Part shown: one piece after another, positions 1 to 13,428 of the stretch
How the letters are laid out: each line of letters starts with the position of its first letter
Numbering within the stretch: position 1 is the stretch's first letter
Assembly: GCA_030390025.1 (NCBI GenBank)
Contig: JASTWF010000244.1
Coordinates: 496,001-560,000, forward strand
Source: Squalus acanthias
Lineage: Eukaryota
Reading direction: 5' to 3'
Length of the DNA: 64,000 nt
Made by a program: the position numbers and the translations under genes
Notes under the pieces: model-generated
Told to the model about the DNA's origin: nothing
The model's database searches: none
The model's input: the letters and a program-made list of their open reading frames with translations, nothing else

Positions 1-1620
1 AAAAGTAGTACTGGAGAAATTAATGGGACTGGAAGTCGATAAATCCCCTGGACCTGATGGCCTACATCCTAGAGTTTTGAAAGAGTTGGCTATAGAGATA
101 GTGGATGCATTGGTTGTCATTTTCCAAAATTTCATAAATTCTAAAACGGTTCCCGCAGATTGGAAGGTAGCAAATGTAACCCTACTATTTAAGAAAGGAG
201 GGAGAGAGAAAATGGGGAACTACAGACCAGTTAGCCTGATATCAGTAGTAGGGAAAATGCTAGAATCTATTATTAAGGACGTGGTAACAAGGCACTTAGA
301 AAATCATAATAGGATTGGGCAGAGTCAGCACAGATTTATGAAAGGGAAATTGTGTTTGACAAATCTGTTAGAGTTTTTTGAGGTTGTAACGAACAGAATA
401 GGTAAGGGTAAACCAGTGGATGTGAAATATTTGGATTTTCAGAAGGCATTCGATAAGGTGCCACACAAGAGGTTATTAAACAAAATGAGGGCTCATGGGA
501 TTGGGGGTAATATACTAGCATGGATTGAGGATTGGTTAACGGACAGAAAACAGAGAGTAGGAATAAATGGGTCATTTGGGGGTTGGCAGGCTGTAACTAG
601 TGGGGTACCGCAAGGATCACTGCTTGGGCCTCAGCTATTCACTATCTACATCAATGATTTGGATGAGGTGACCACATGTAATATATCCAAGTTTGCTGAT
701 GATACAAAGCAGGGTGGGAATGTAAGTTGTGAGGAGGATGCAAGGAGGCTTCAAGGGGATATAGACAGGCTAAGTGAGTGGGCAAGAACATGGCAAATGG
801 AATATGATGTGGAGAAATGTGAAGTTATCCACTTTGGTAAGAAAAACAGAAAATCAGAGTATTTTTTAAATGGTGAGAGATTGGGAAATGTTGGTGTTCA
901 GAGGGACCTGGGTGTCCTTGTACACGAATCACTGAAAGTTAACATGCAGGTACAGCAAACAATTAGGAAAGCAAATGGTATGTTGGCCTTTATTACAAGA
1001 GGATTTGAGTATAAGAGTAAAGACGTCTTACTGCAATTATATAGGGCTCTAGTGAGACCACACCTGGAGTATTGTGTACAGTTTTGGTCTCCTTACCTAA
1101 GGAAGGATATACTTGCCAGAGAGGGAGTGCAACAAAGGTTCACCAGACTGGTTCCTGGGATGGGGGGATTGTCCTATGAAGAGAGATTGAGTAGACAAGG
1201 CCTATATTCTCTAGAGTTTAGAAGAATGAGAGGTGATCTCATTGAAACACACATAATTCTTACAGGACTTGACAGGGTAGATGCAGGGAGGATGTTTCCC
1301 CTGGCTGGGGAGTCTAGAACCAGGGGTCACAGTCTCAGAATAAGGGGTCGGCCATTTAGGACTGAGATGAGGAGAAATTTCTTCACTCAGAGGATGGTGA
1401 ATCTTTGGAATTCTCTACCCCAGAGGGCTGTGGAGGCTCAATCATTGAGTATATTCAAGACAGAGATCGATAGATTTTTGAATATTAAGGGAATCAAGGG
1501 ATATGGGGATAGTTCAGAAAAGTGGAGTTGAGGTAGAAGATCAGCCATGATCTTATTGAATGGCGGAGCAGGCTCGAAGGGCCAAATGGTCTACTCCTGC
1601 TCCTATTTCTTATGTTCTTT
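1..1620 (+). mobile_element. CR1-clade LINE (HER1-like), 3' portion: ORF2 reverse transcriptase plus 3' tail; runs in from the window start
   Basis: ORF 23..1531 has the CR1 RT motifs KSPGPDG, NYRPVSL, LDFQKAFDKVPH, GVPQGS, FADDTK and LWNSLP. It is followed by the 3' UTR GATCAGCCATGATC...GGCTCGAAGGGCC...CTACTCCTGCTCC and a short TTCTTATG-type tail ending ~1620. Confidence 0.95.
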
Positions 1621-3049
1621 TTATGAGTAGGGGATTGGTCTCCAGCACATTCTTTGTCTTTACCTCCTATGTTTGGAAGGCCCAATCCCATTGTAATGGC
1701 AAAATTAGGGAGGATAAACAAACCGCTAGAATTCTGGCCATCCTTATTGAACTATACTGCAGGGCTTCCCCTGACTTGTCCAGACATTAGAAAAGGAACT
1801 TGTGAAATGCAATGGTCTGTTTTACAATGATTCTGGTAGCAACCAAGGCTTGTTTTCTGCTTCTGTACTTGGATTCTGAAATGCAAGGCTGAAGCGGGTA
1901 CCCTGATCTCCTATCTGCCACACTAACACATTGCTCTGGCTGATCAGTGCTGGTATCCTGCATTGAGAATAAACAAATCATGGCTACTCCCCAGTTCACC
2001 ATGCATAATGAGAAGGCTAGCTTCACTCACTGGACATTCAGGGAATGAATTATGTCCCTGCTCATGAAGTCCACATGGCTTTCAAATTGAGACTTTATAA
2101 CCACATGGGTGACATCAATAGCTGCTTTCACTTATGGGCATGCAACCATGGGTGAAGACGTTAATGATTCTTTCTCCCTGCATTACTGATTCCATGTGGA
2201 ACTAAATGAACTCAGAGGCATCCCGAACAAGGAATTCATTATGTGTCTAATGTAGCAATGGACTGCTGACTGACTGACTGATGTTAGCAATGTCACCAGA
2301 GGCCACCTGGAGCATCCAGATACATAAAAGTTAAATGCTGTTGTCACCATCACAGCCACAGACAAGGCAGTGCCCTGGTGGAAAGAGTCTGTAAATCAGG
2401 TTCCAACAGCTGCCATATCTGTCATGAAGTTAGAGGTAAACATAGCCTTCTCCGAAAACTCCTCCAAGAAAAATCCAGATAGGCCTCTGTGTTCTGTAGA
2501 CCCTTTGGCGCAGATGCCTGTGGGTTGGGTGTTATCCGTGTGCATAATGCCGCACTCTCCTGACTTCCACCCTTTCCTCCTCTACATTCTTATTAGCCTC
2601 CTCCTCAAAGCACAGGAACAATGGAATCCCCAGAGGGAAATCCATTCTTTCATTATGTAGAGCTCCCTTTAAATTCTCAGCAAGTTTCTCAAAGGAACTG
2701 GAGTTTGAAAGTAGTGGTAGTAACTCTCAGCCAAAACAGGGTTGCAGAATCATACTTCTGTGTGACCTTTCACCTTCCCGATCTCTATCCACCTCTGCAG
2801 CAGCATACAGGCTCGGCACCGCCATCTTTACAGTGGTGATGATTTTCAGGGGTAGTAAGTGGGTGGAAAGGCAGGGAAATCACAGGGGTCACTTCCCCAT
2901 GGCTCCCCAAGCTTTATTTAAATGCAGCAGGGAACACTCCTGGTGGGTGGATCAAAGTCACAGCAGGGTATGGGGGGGAAATTGTGGTTGCTATTTTAAA
3001 GGTGAGACCACCTGAAAAGGTAATTTAAAAAAAAAGGAAAATCCAGGCC
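1621..3049 (-). mobile_element. Decayed PIF/Harbinger DNA transposon carrying a HARBI1-like DDE transposase pseudogene; interrupted by the CR1 at 1-1620
   Basis: Manual minus-strand translation across stops and frameshifts gives colinear Harbinger motifs: ALSVAVMVTTAFNFYVSG..GDIANISQSAVHCYIR (~2370-2240), AAIDVTHV (~2125-2100), IHSLNVQ (~2050-2030), GYPLQP (~1900), F*CLDKSGEALQYSS (~1790-1750) and LPNFAI (~1710). The terminus AAAATCCAGGCC at 3038-3049 resembles the TIR of the 4288-5136 MITE. Confidence 0.82.
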
Positions 3050-3189
3050 TAGAATTGTTTGAATTTGCACTTGGAGTTCTGAATAATTATTCAAATACGC
3101 TTATGCCAGAGCATTGAGTGCTATTTGCACTTAACCAAAAATTATTTGGAACTGACTTAGTTGTAGGTGCAAATGAACCCCTGACTTCT

Positions 3190-3500
3190 GTTGGGATATG
3201 GCTGCACAGGTGCCAGCCACTTTATGGTAACTCATCGATAGTTCAGCCCAATCCTATCCTCACACAAAGTTCACACGCGCACACTTTATAGCAGAATTCA
3301 ATGAATAACGATAAGCAGCAGAAACCATGATTTATTTTTCCCCTCCCTAGGCCAGTGGAGGTGAGGCAAATGATAACACCTTACCACCATCCCAGGTAAT
3401 ATCAGCTAACTGACCAGGTACTCAAAGCTGGGACTTTCCCAGGCTGTATTACTCAATAGCATGTTGGGAAACACACTTATCAACTGAGTTTCCAATGCTG
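3190..3500 (-). mobile_element. Old, diverged SINE-like interspersed repeat (copy 1)
   Basis: The reverse complement of ~3240-3370 aligns by eye with 5140-5260 (TAGGGA.GG..AAAA...TTCTGCT/CCCACT.CTGAT..CTATT...GTGAAC.TT.G.T.AGGA). There is a degenerate tRNA-like head near 3490. Family not identified. Confidence 0.4.
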
Positions 3501-4159
3501 CCTTCTCAAGCAATAGCAAAATTTAGTGATGAATGAACACCAGCTTCCAACGTAATGTTATTGTTCATGGGAGTTATGTTCATCTGATTTGCCTATAATT
3601 CTAATGTAATGAGAGGTCTATCTGTACACTTTCTGATATTGCAGTCCTTAATTTTTTCCATGTTTCAAGCCTTAACATCCTTGGTAAAAATATCAGGGAA
3701 CATACACTTTATGTAAAATTCCCCCTGCAATGATAAAAGATATGTGTTGGGGACTAATCTTTTCTACAAGCAAACACCAAGCAGCAAAGGTACAAGAAAG
3801 TTACATTGGCAAAGAGACAAGTGGTTTATTTTACATCAACCACCCATCCCCAGCATGTATATTATTTATGTATAATAAACCTTGTATGCAATTTAATCAT
3901 TTTAAAATTATTTTATATCAGGTAATTGCCATGTTGGATCTATTTACTAGATACATTTGTTCAGTTAATTTTTTTGTCATTAGATTGATGATGTGATTGC
4001 CATTAAAGGCAACTTCTTCATATTATACATATTTTGTTACATGACACCAATGCATCAATTAAAAAAATGTTCCAGGAAAATGTTTGCAGGAAACACAGTC
4101 CACTGAGAATAAAAGACTTTGGACTCCACGCCTATAATATAAATGAAACTACAGGTTCC

Positions 4160-5265
4160 CCAAATGTCTCACTAAGTTTATCTAGGGTGTACCTGAGCCA
4201 TACAAAGCAGAAAGGTCCCACGTTCAATCTTTGTTCTGTGCTGAATTAGGCAGTTTAAGCTGGAGTGCGACAGATGCATTACACTTGGGGCTGGATTTTA
4301 CCAACCCGGAGGAGGCGGGTCTGGAGGCAGGACTGCTGGGAAAATCAAAAAGAATGGGAGCGGGTCCCGAACCCGCTCCCAACCTGCCTCCAACCAATCT
4401 TCCCGGGAGTCGGGTCCCGACTCCTAGAAGCGGGTAGAGGATTACAGCCACTTATCTGCCTGTTAACAGGTAGTTAACAGGCAGCTAAGAGGCTTTTTCC
4501 CATTTTGAGATATCTGCTGTGGGCTTCCCAACGTCGGGAAACCCCGCCAGGGTAAGTGAGGCGTGTTATGGGTCTGTTGTAATGTTTGTGTATAGATGAC
4601 AGCTGCAGAAGTGGTGTGAAGGATGCAATGGGACACTGGTGAGTATCAGAGGTAAGGAAATGTTGAGAAAGTCATTTTTAATGTGTTTAGATTTTTCTGT
4701 AGGTGACAAGCTTTGAAGTGTTTGTGTGGCCTCACCTCATTGGGAGAAGTGACAGATCGCTTCTATACACTCACCTGCAGCTGCCATCTGTTTTATCCTA
4801 AGGAGAGAGTCATTGGAGAGCCTGGGTGAAAGGGCTCACCTTTGTACAGTGATTGTCAGTGTTTGACAGCACCTCAATGCTGTCAAACATTGTCTAATCA
4901 TCTGTCAAAAATAAATGGTTCATGTCCCTTTAAGAAAACCGACAGATGAAGCGTCATCAACTGAGGTCATCTGACATCGGCTTTCCCTTAATTGGCCAGC
5001 AAGCCCGCAGGGTGGGTTTAACAAGGCCAATCCGAGGAAAATAGCGTCTGTGCGTCGGATGTCGCTGGGGGCGGGACTAGAACCCGGAAGGCAGCAGTCC
5101 CGCCCCCAACTCGTCTCGGCTGGTAAAATCCAGCCCTTGGTCTCTGCACCCCGGGTTAGGAAGGAGAAAATCGGGCCAGGCTTCCCACTCCTGATTACTA
5201 TTTAGTGATCTCTACTAGAGATGTATTTATGTGAACATTAGGTAAGGACCAGACTGTTTGGAAAT
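4160..5265 (+). mobile_element. Old SINE-like repeat (copy 2), split by the Harbinger MITE at 4288-5136
   Basis: The flanks 4160-4287 and 5137-5265 join into a sequence homologous to the reverse complement of 3190-3500. Confidence 0.4.
4288..5136. mobile_element. Non-autonomous PIF/Harbinger-type element (MITE), 849 bp
   Basis: Perfect 16-bp TIRs GGGCTGGATTTTACCA (4288-4303) and TGGTAAAATCCAGCCC (5121-5136), with a 3-bp TSD TTG at 4285-4287 and 5137-5139. No coding capacity. Confidence 0.9.
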
Positions 5266-5539
5266 AATTCAAGAGGAGCCGAGAGGAGGGGAAATAATAT
5301 CATAAAAGAAAAGTGAGATTACATTGCATGAATATAGAATGGAATTAACTCAAGTTAGAGTGGCTCCCTATTCATAGGGAACAGAACTACAGAACTCTCA
5401 CCGCAGGTGTAATTTTATATCAAAGATTTGTTCCCTTGCAGTATCTAACTATCAATTTTAAAGCACAATTTTTAGTGAAATTGTCAGTTTTAGCTATTGG
5501 ATTCAAATATAACAAGGTATTTTACTAAAGTCTTTATTG

Positions 5540-6050
5540 AACCAAAACTTTCTTCAGTTCAACACTGGCAAGATCAAAGTCATCCTGTTCAGTTTCTGAG
5601 TGAAATTGCGTGCCTCAGGCACTGATTCTATACCACTACCCGGCTGCCTGCTCAGGCTAGACTCCTGTCACCCAGCATATCAGTTTCACAATCCTTGTCC
5701 TCATCTTCAAATCGCTCCATGGTGTCATTCCTTGCTATTGCTACAATCTTCTCCAGCCCTACATCTCAGCACGTAACTTTGCGTCTTCTAATTCTGGTGT
5801 ACTAGGCATCCCTTCCTTCCTCATTCCCCTCTCCCCATCTGTGGCAGAGCTTTTTGCACCACAGCCCTGTACTCTGGAACTCCCTCCCTAAATCTCTTTG
5901 TCACCCTTTTCACCGCCTTCAAAATCCTTCTCTTCTACCGTGGCTTAGGTCTCTTCTCCTTGATTGCCTCCTAACACAGCTCTACCTTTAAAGTGCCTTG
6001 GCATGTTTTGGTACATATTATAAGTTATACAAATGCATTTTTTTTATTGT
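5540..6050 (+). mobile_element. Degraded L2-like LINE 3' remnant
   Basis: Remnant L2 ORF2 C-terminal motifs (ILVLIFKSLHG; GRAF..; LWNSLPK), homologous to the minus-strand copy at 10040-10570. Confidence 0.6.
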
Positions 6051-6354
6051 TAAAGTCCTTTTTTTCTCTCTCCACTCTTCTGTTGATTTGCTCCCCTCTT
6101 TCGCTGAAGGCACTGACTCCTTGGTGGGACATGACTTTATGGGTGCTGGCCACCTCCAGTAACTCCCCAGATGGTATTTATTATTGAATTAGCCTTGGTG
6201 TGATTGTTAGCTGGCTATTTGACAGTAATGGGTATTTCCTCACTTTACACACACTTCCAGAAGTGGTTTCTGCATTGCAATCAGGACCAGAAACCCACAC
6301 CAATTTTCCCCTCTTTAACTCAGAATTACTGAGGCCAAATCTAGCAGCCCTGTT

Positions 6355-8250
6355 ATAGGAACAGAAGAACAGGAGTAGGCCATTTAGCCCCTCGACTGTT
6401 CCGCCATTCAATGAGATCATGTCTGATCTGTGACCTAACTCCATATACAGTACCTGCCTTTGCCCCAGATCCCTTGATACCTGTGGTTAACAAAAATCTA
6501 TCAATCTCAGATTTAAAATTAACAATTGACCTAGCATCAACTGCCATTTGCGGAAGAGAGTTCCAAATTTCTATCACCCTTTACGTATAGAAGTGTTTCC
6601 TAACTTAAGTCCTGACAGATCTGGCTCTAATTTTTAAACTATGCCCCCCATTCCGAGACTCCCCAACCAGCGGAAATATTTTCTCTCTATCTACCCTATC
6701 AGCTCCCCTTAATATCTTCAAAACTTCTATCAAATCACCCCTTAACCTTCTAAATTCCAGCGAATATAACCCTAGTTTGTGTAATCTCTCCTCGCAATTT
6801 AACCTTTGGAGTCCAGGTATCATTCTGATAAATCTATGCTGCACTCCCTCCAAGGCCAATATATCCTTCCTAACATGTGGTGCCCAGAACTGAACACAAT
6901 ACTCCAGGTGTGGTCTAACCAGGGCATTGTACAGCTGTAGCATAACTTCTACCCCCTTGTATTCTAGTCCTCTAGATGTAAATCCCAGCATTCCTTTAGT
7001 CTTTTTGATTATTTTCTGTACCTGTCCATGACATTTTAATGATCTTTGCACATGGGACCCCTAAGTCTCTTTGGACCTCCACTGTTTCTAGCTTTTCACC
7101 ATTTAGAAAGTACTCTGATCTGTCCTTTTAAGGTCCAAAGTGGATGACCTGACACTTGCCTACATTGAAATCAATTTGCCATAGTTTTGCCCATTCACTT
7201 AATCTGTTAATATCTCTTGTATGCTTCCATCTATACTGCTTACAATGCCGCCTATCTTTGTGTCATCGACAAACTTGGAAATGTGGCTCTCTATCCCATC
7301 ATCTAAGTCATTAATAAATATGGTGAATAGTTGAGGGCCCAACACAGATCCCTGCGGGACACCACTAGTCACATCCTGCCAATTAGAGTACCTGCCCATT
7401 ATCCCTACTCTCTGTCTCCTGCCGCTCAGCCAATTTCCTAACCAGGTCAATAATTTGCCTTCAATTCAATGAGCTTCAACTTCAGCCACCAGTCTTTTAT
7501 GATGGACTTTATTGAATGCCTTCTGGAAGTCCATGTAAATAACATCCACAGACATTCCCCTGTCCACTACTTTAGTCACCTCTTCAAAAAATTCAATCAG
7601 GTTCTTCAGGCATGAACTACCCTTTACAAATTCATGCTGGCTCTCTGTGATCATCTGAAAATGTTCAAGGTGTTCAGTCACTCTATCCTTAATTATAGAC
7701 TCCAGTATTTTCCCGACAATGGATGTTAGACTAACTGGTCTATAATTCCCTGGTTTCCCTCGCTCACCTTTCTTAAATAGCAGAGCGACATGTACAATTT
7801 TCCAATCTAAAGGAATGGTTCATGAATCGAGAGAACTTCGTAAGATTACAGTTAGGGCATCTGCAATGTTCTCACCTACTTCCTTTTAAATCCTGGGATG
7901 AAAACCATCTGTTCCTGGGGAATTGTTACTCTTAAATGCCATTATTTTCTTCGTTACTGTTATTTTGCTTATGCTAATTTTGGTGCGTTCCTGTCTCTGA
8001 CTCAATATTAGTTTCCAGGATGCTATCCTCTTCCTCTACTGTAAATACTGATGCAAAGTAATTATTCAACAAGTCCACCATTTCCTTATTTTCATTTACA
8101 ATATCACCATTATCAATTTTCAAGTGGCTCACATTGCTCCTGACCACCCTCTTTTTCCTAATATAATTGTTTACATTTTTTGTGTTGATTTTGATATCCC
8201 TTGCAAATTTCTTTTCATACTCCCTTTTGGTAGCTCTTACTATTGCTGCC
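6355..8250 (-). mobile_element. 5'-truncated, frameshifted CR1 LINE
   Basis: ORF fragments 6353-8291 carry CR1 ORF2 motifs (LNNYFASVFT, MDFQKAFNKV, GVPQGSVLGPQLF, FVDDTK, VRPHLEYC, WNSLPQ). A CR1 3' tail lies at ~6355-6430. Confidence 0.93.
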
Positions 8251-8477
8251 CCAACCAAGGCCGTTAACTTTGTAAAGATTGCATTCTTCATGGTCTGTAT
8301 GGCTCAGTTACTGACTGGTAAGCTGATTGAGTCATCAGGGGAGCCAGAAGCTTTGCAACACAATGTTGCCTTTTATAGATTGCAAACAAATATTATTGCT
8401 TGTAGCACAAATTCCCTATACTGTGGTTGTAATGGCAAATTATATAACATATCAGAAAATGATTTTGTCTCCCTTAC

Positions 8478-8804
8478 CTGATACTTTCATCACTGAACTC
8501 TTTTCTTCTTTATGGGGAGTAACAAAAACAATGCAGGTGTATTTTCCTTCTTCATTAAGTTGTACATTTGGAAGGTAAAGTGAAGCATTTCCTTTTTGTA
8601 AAGCGTCGTCAAACATCTTTGCACCATTTCTGTTAGGGAGATGTTTCCCTCCATTAAATAGATACACTTGTTGTGATTCAAAAAGCCATCGAACAGCTAC
8701 ATGTACGAGGTCAAGTTCTGGTTTACTGTATGTGCATTTTAGAAGAGCATCTTTATTCATTGAAACTTCCAGTGGCGAGGGAAATATCTCCAATTCTAAC
8801 GTGC
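8478..8804 (-). CDS. Exon 2 (IgV domain) of a B7-family Ig-superfamily gene, most similar to B7-H6/NCR3LG1-like proteins
   Basis: 327-nt phase-1/phase-1 exon with acceptor ttttaaag|G at 8804 and donor G|gtaagg at 8478. It encodes (G)TLELEIFPSPLEVSMNKDALLKC...VRW...GNASLYLPNVQLNEEGKYTCIVFVTPHKEEKSSVMKVS, with the canonical V-set Cys, Trp and E/D-x-G-x-Y-x-C. The GxASLxLP..Q..E.G.YxC.V.VTP pattern is recalled as typical of B7-H6/tapasin-related domains. Orthology not verified. Confidence 0.88.
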
Positions 8805-10039
8805 CTTTAAAATAATTTAAAACATTAATATACATAAAAGTACCTTAAAATCACAAATAGATGGAAGGTTACATGAGGAGTTTTTAAACTTTTAGCTGTT
8901 ATTCACACACCAAAAAAAATTGAAAACTAATTGCTACAAACTTTGTAACTATTTCTAGTAAAACTTTCATTTTTATAACATGAAAAGTTTTCTGTCTTGG
9001 GAATCAGTTTTATCGGTTCGGAATCTTTCCATAAAATAAAGTATGTAAAATATTTTTGTCTCTTGTTGCCCTATCATGGTCCCAGTCCTATTTTTCCCAA
9101 TGCAGAACACTGTACTACCGCAGTTTAGAAATTTCTTCAGAAAAGGTAAATTAAGTTTCACTCTGACTACAGGTATACCATCGCTAATGCAAACCAAAAT
9201 GGGGATGAGGGTGTTCCAATCTAATTTGTATCAATACTGCTACAAACTAATATATTTGCACTGCCCTATTGGCAGCAGCACTCCTGATCTTCTTAAGAAA
9301 ACACACCATGCATAATTTATTTATGTCAGCATCACAACTTTGCTCCAGTGAAAATTGATCAATTCCAATTTGTAAATAACTTTACAGATTGTCACATCTC
9401 TTTAGTCAGTATTCTATTACATCAGATGACAAATGATAGTAAAGTACAACGGCTTGAAATTATAAATGATTTTTTTAAAGTTAAAAAGCCTTCAAAACAA
9501 TAGTGAACTCCTGAAATAATTCTGAAAGAGTGTAATTTTGAAAATATCATATGAGTGAGTAATGTATGGCCTCTGCCTACAGCTGGCAAAATAACAAATG
9601 GTCTGGATGGTCATCCTAAAGAGTCAACAACTGCACAATATCTCCCCAAAGAAAGAGATAGGCTGACACAAGAAGGAAGACTGGAGCACAGCCCTCTATT
9701 CACTACTAGAATAGCAATCCAACCCAAAGACACCGTCGTGTAAAATAATGTAAACTTATCTATATTGCACACCCAATCAGCGAAGTTCATGTAAAAACAA
9801 TTAATGCACTCATACTACATTATGTAGGTCCATTTAAAAAGTAATACACACAGGAACGTAGTGTGAGCATGCTAAGCCTTTATACTTGAACTTTGGTGAC
9901 TAGAAGTATTGATATTTACATCTGTAAGTACATGCAAGAAAAAGTGCTACAACTGCACCACTGTATCAACCTGTGTAAAGCTTTTTTTAATTAAAGCTAA
10001 AACATGATAGTTTCAAAAAAAAATTCTGCTGAACCAAAG

Positions 10040-10570
10040 CAGATATTAGGACAGGTGAACAAAAGTTTGGTCAAAGAGGTGTCTTTAAGAAGGAGAGGGA
10101 GGTGGAGAGGCAGAGAGGTTTAGGTAGGACATTCCAGAGCCTGGGGTCCAAACGGTGAAAGGCACAGCCACCAATGGTGGAGCAAAGGAAGGGGGAAGAT
10201 ACACAATGGGCCAGCATCAGAAGAGCTGAGAGTTTTGTGTGTGTGAGGGAGTGGGGGTGGGCTGGGGTGTTGTCTGGCTGCAGCAGGGGCAAGGCCATGA
10301 AGGAATTTGAACAAGAGAATGAGCATTTTAAATTGGAGGTACTGGGTAACCAGGAGCCAATGTATGTCAGTAAGGACAGGGGAGATAGAACCCAGGCATG
10401 GTGCAGGATAGTATATGGGCCACAGAGATTTGGAAGAGCCGCAGTTTATGGAGCATGGAGGACGGCCAGGAGTTGAGTCTGGAGGTGACAAAGGCATGGA
10501 TGAGGGTTTCAGTAGCAGATTGGCTCAGATGCACAATGTTATGGAGGTGGAAGTAGGTGGTGATGGAGAA
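10040..10570 (-). mobile_element. Degraded L2-like LINE 3' remnant
   Basis: ORFs 10120..10497 and 10071..10298 contain ISPVLTDIHWL..QFKMLILLFKFLHGLAP and IGGCAF...PRLWNVLPKPL, typical of the L2 ORF2 C-terminus. Confidence 0.7.
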
Positions 10571-12790
10571 TCTAATAGCTCATTTATGTTGTCCTGCGAT
10601 TCCTTTCGCTTCATCCTTAAGAGTTAATCATGCTCCTTATTTTTGTGTCATCTGCAAATTTTGATAATGTGCCACCTATACCCAAATCCAGATTATTTAT
10701 AAGTATTCAGAAGAACAATTGTCAAACACTCAATCCCGGGGAATACTACTGTTTTTACGCCTCTAGTTCAAAAAATATCAATTTGCCACTAGTCTCCATT
10801 TTCTGTTCTTTAACAAACTTGCTGTCAATTATACCACATTTCCTTTAATATCACATGCCTTAATTTTATCAACAAGGCTCTTATGTGGCATCTATGAAAC
10901 ACCTTTTAAAAATCCATATACACAATATTGACGGCATTTCCTTTATCAATGCAAACAATTGTTTCCTCAAAGAAGTGTATTAAATTTGTCAGGCACAACT
11001 ACCCTTTTACAAATCTATGTTGGCTGTCCTTAATTAACCCATGCCTTTCTAGGTGAGCTTTAATTTGAATCCTGTATTATGGTCTCTGGAAGTTTTCCCT
11101 GTGTTAAGCTGACTGGCCTATAGTTACTTGCTTTATCTGGGCTAGTTTCCTTTTTCCCTTATTGAATTTTATTTTATTTTTGAGTGTTCTCTTTCCTTTT
11201 CAGTTTTTATATTGAATCTTATATTATGGTCCCTGTTTCCTAGACTCTTTCTCTGTTGGTCTAAAATTGTACTGGTCTAGTGAGGAGTTTTGGATACATT
11301 TTAGAAACTCCTCCCCTTATTTACCATCTATATTACTCTCATCCCAGTCTATCTTTGGATAATTAAAGTCATCAATTAGTACAGTCCTGTGTTGATGTGT
11401 TTTTCTTTAGTTAGTCTACCTACCACTTCCTCTATAGTCTTTCCACTGTTTTGTCGTCTATAATATACTCCCAATAGAGTAAGAGTTCCCTTCTTATTCT
11501 TGAGCTCTAATTGATTGAGTTTTTGCATCATCCCCTATGCTCTAGTGCTGTAATGGAATCCTTGATTAACACTGTCACCCTCTCCCTTTTTTCTACGCTA
11601 TCCCTCCTAAATATTTTGCAACCAGGAAAGTTCAGCTCCCAGTCGTACCTTAGCCTAAGCTAGGTCTCTGTTAATGCAATTACATCATACATCCCATAGT
11701 AATTCTAGCTCACCAATTTTATTCATAATACTTTGTGTATTAACATACATACAAACTCTGTTTCTCCGTTTTACTCAGCTTAACCTATCCTCTTTCTGAT
11801 CTGTTTCTCTAACTTTCCTACACTCTTTGTCCCTTCCGCTTTCCTTTCTGCTTCCTCCTATTGATTTTCCTTTCCCCCTACCACATAGTTGGAACATCCC
11901 CCTACTCCCCTAATTGCTCTCTCAGCGAAGACATTGGTCCTACTCTTGTTCAGGTGAAGCCTTTCCCTCCTGTAGAGACTATTATTGTCCAAGAACTGAT
12001 CCCAATGTCCTAGGATTTCAGACCCTTCCCTCCTACACCAGTCATATATTTAGCTCCCTTATCTTACTATTCCTAAACTGGCCAGCATGTAGCATTTAAG
12101 TAATCCTGAGATTACTACCCTTAAGGTCTTGCTCTTTAATCTATCGCCTAATTTCTGAAGCTCCCTTTGCAGTGCCACAATTTTATTTCTTTATGTGTCA
12201 TTGATTCCAACATGGACCACTACTTATGGCTGTTCCAAAATCTTTTGTACCCACTTTCTTACCCCATTTCTACTGAGTTTCTGCACTCCTCTTTGAAACC
12301 CATTTGCTCCTTGATGCCATCATTTTATTTGCCCCCTTTCAAGTTGTCTTTGTCACAGCCATTGAGTACTGAATGTCTGTTTGGCAATTCACCATTCGCA
12401 GGAGATCCCTGCACTGCCTCCTGTCTACTCGTCCAACCCTAATGGATGGTCTCACCCGCACCCACCCCCAGCCCCCAATTTCCCTTCCTCAATGCCTCAC
12501 TCTGCCTGTGGGGTGACCTCCTGGATTATGCATTCCAAGAACCTGTCAGCATCCTGATTGTGACGGAGGCTTCACCAGCTAGTCCTCAAGCTCAGAAATC
12601 TTGAGTTCAAGAAAAAGCAGACGCAGGTCCCTGCTGCACATGTGGTCATCCCGAACACACAAAATATCTCGGACTTCTCACATTGTGCAGGTGTCACATA
12701 TCATGGGCCTCAGGTGCAGCCCCGCCACTGCCACGCACCCACCCCCCGAACACTAAATTCAATTGTTTACTCTTAAAAGTTTAGGAAGAT
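10570..12790 (-). mobile_element. Old, internally deleted CR1 LINE retaining RT, APE endonuclease and ORF1 remnants
   Basis: RT remnant at ~10630-11110 (FADDTK at ~10640-10660), endonuclease-like remnant at ~11230-11750, and the ORF1 N-terminal zinc-finger/leucine-zipper remnant ICDTCTM*E...DDHMCSRDLRLLFLELKISELE at ~12590-12705. Confidence 0.7.
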
Positions 12791-13428
12791 CAAATATAAC
12801 TTAGTGACTAACCCCTCCAATATAATTCCTAAAATAAAAATGTAAACTTAAAATATATAGCCAATTTGCAATAAAGCTAAACTTTATCCGAAATTTTTTT
12901 TTTAAATCCACTCTCAGGCCGGAATCTTGCTGGCGCTCAGAGGGCGGGTTCGGAGCCGGGTCCGCTGTTAAAATCTCAAAGATTGACAGCGGGTCGGGAG
13001 CCCGCTGTGAACCCATGTCAGTTTCCCAAGTGTCAGTTTGCCTGTGCTTTACAGACCCAACACTAAGCGACGAGTGAGCCAATTGAAATAGTTAAGAGGC
13101 TGTTAAAAGGTACTTAAATAGCATTTTACCATCTACTTAAAATTTTTCCAGCTTTTTGACAAGTTTCACGGCACTCGGGAATCACATCAGGTAAGTAGGT
13201 CGGGTTTTAAATGACTCACCATTGCTCTGAATAGGTGACAGCTGCAAAAGTGGTATAAAAGCTACCATTTCACAGCTGCTCAATTTCCAATGTTAGAAGC
13301 CGGAGACTTCAGGATTTGGAAGACACTTTTGAGCTTTATGCAGTTTGGAAGTGTTTGGAGTAAACTCTCTATCCACTGTCACCTCCTTGGAACAACCTCC
13401 GTCACCATTGACAGATCGCTTCCGTCAT

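Noticed and set aside
1640-2700. Domesticated host HARBI1 gene
   Set aside because: Multiple stops and frameshifts plus an adjacent TIR-like end indicate a dead transposon copy.
8452-8835. ORF-track 127-aa ORF as a single-exon gene
   Set aside because: The N-terminal MYINVLNYFK and C-terminal KGDKIIF are intronic read-through. Splice sites delimit the real exon at 8478-8804.
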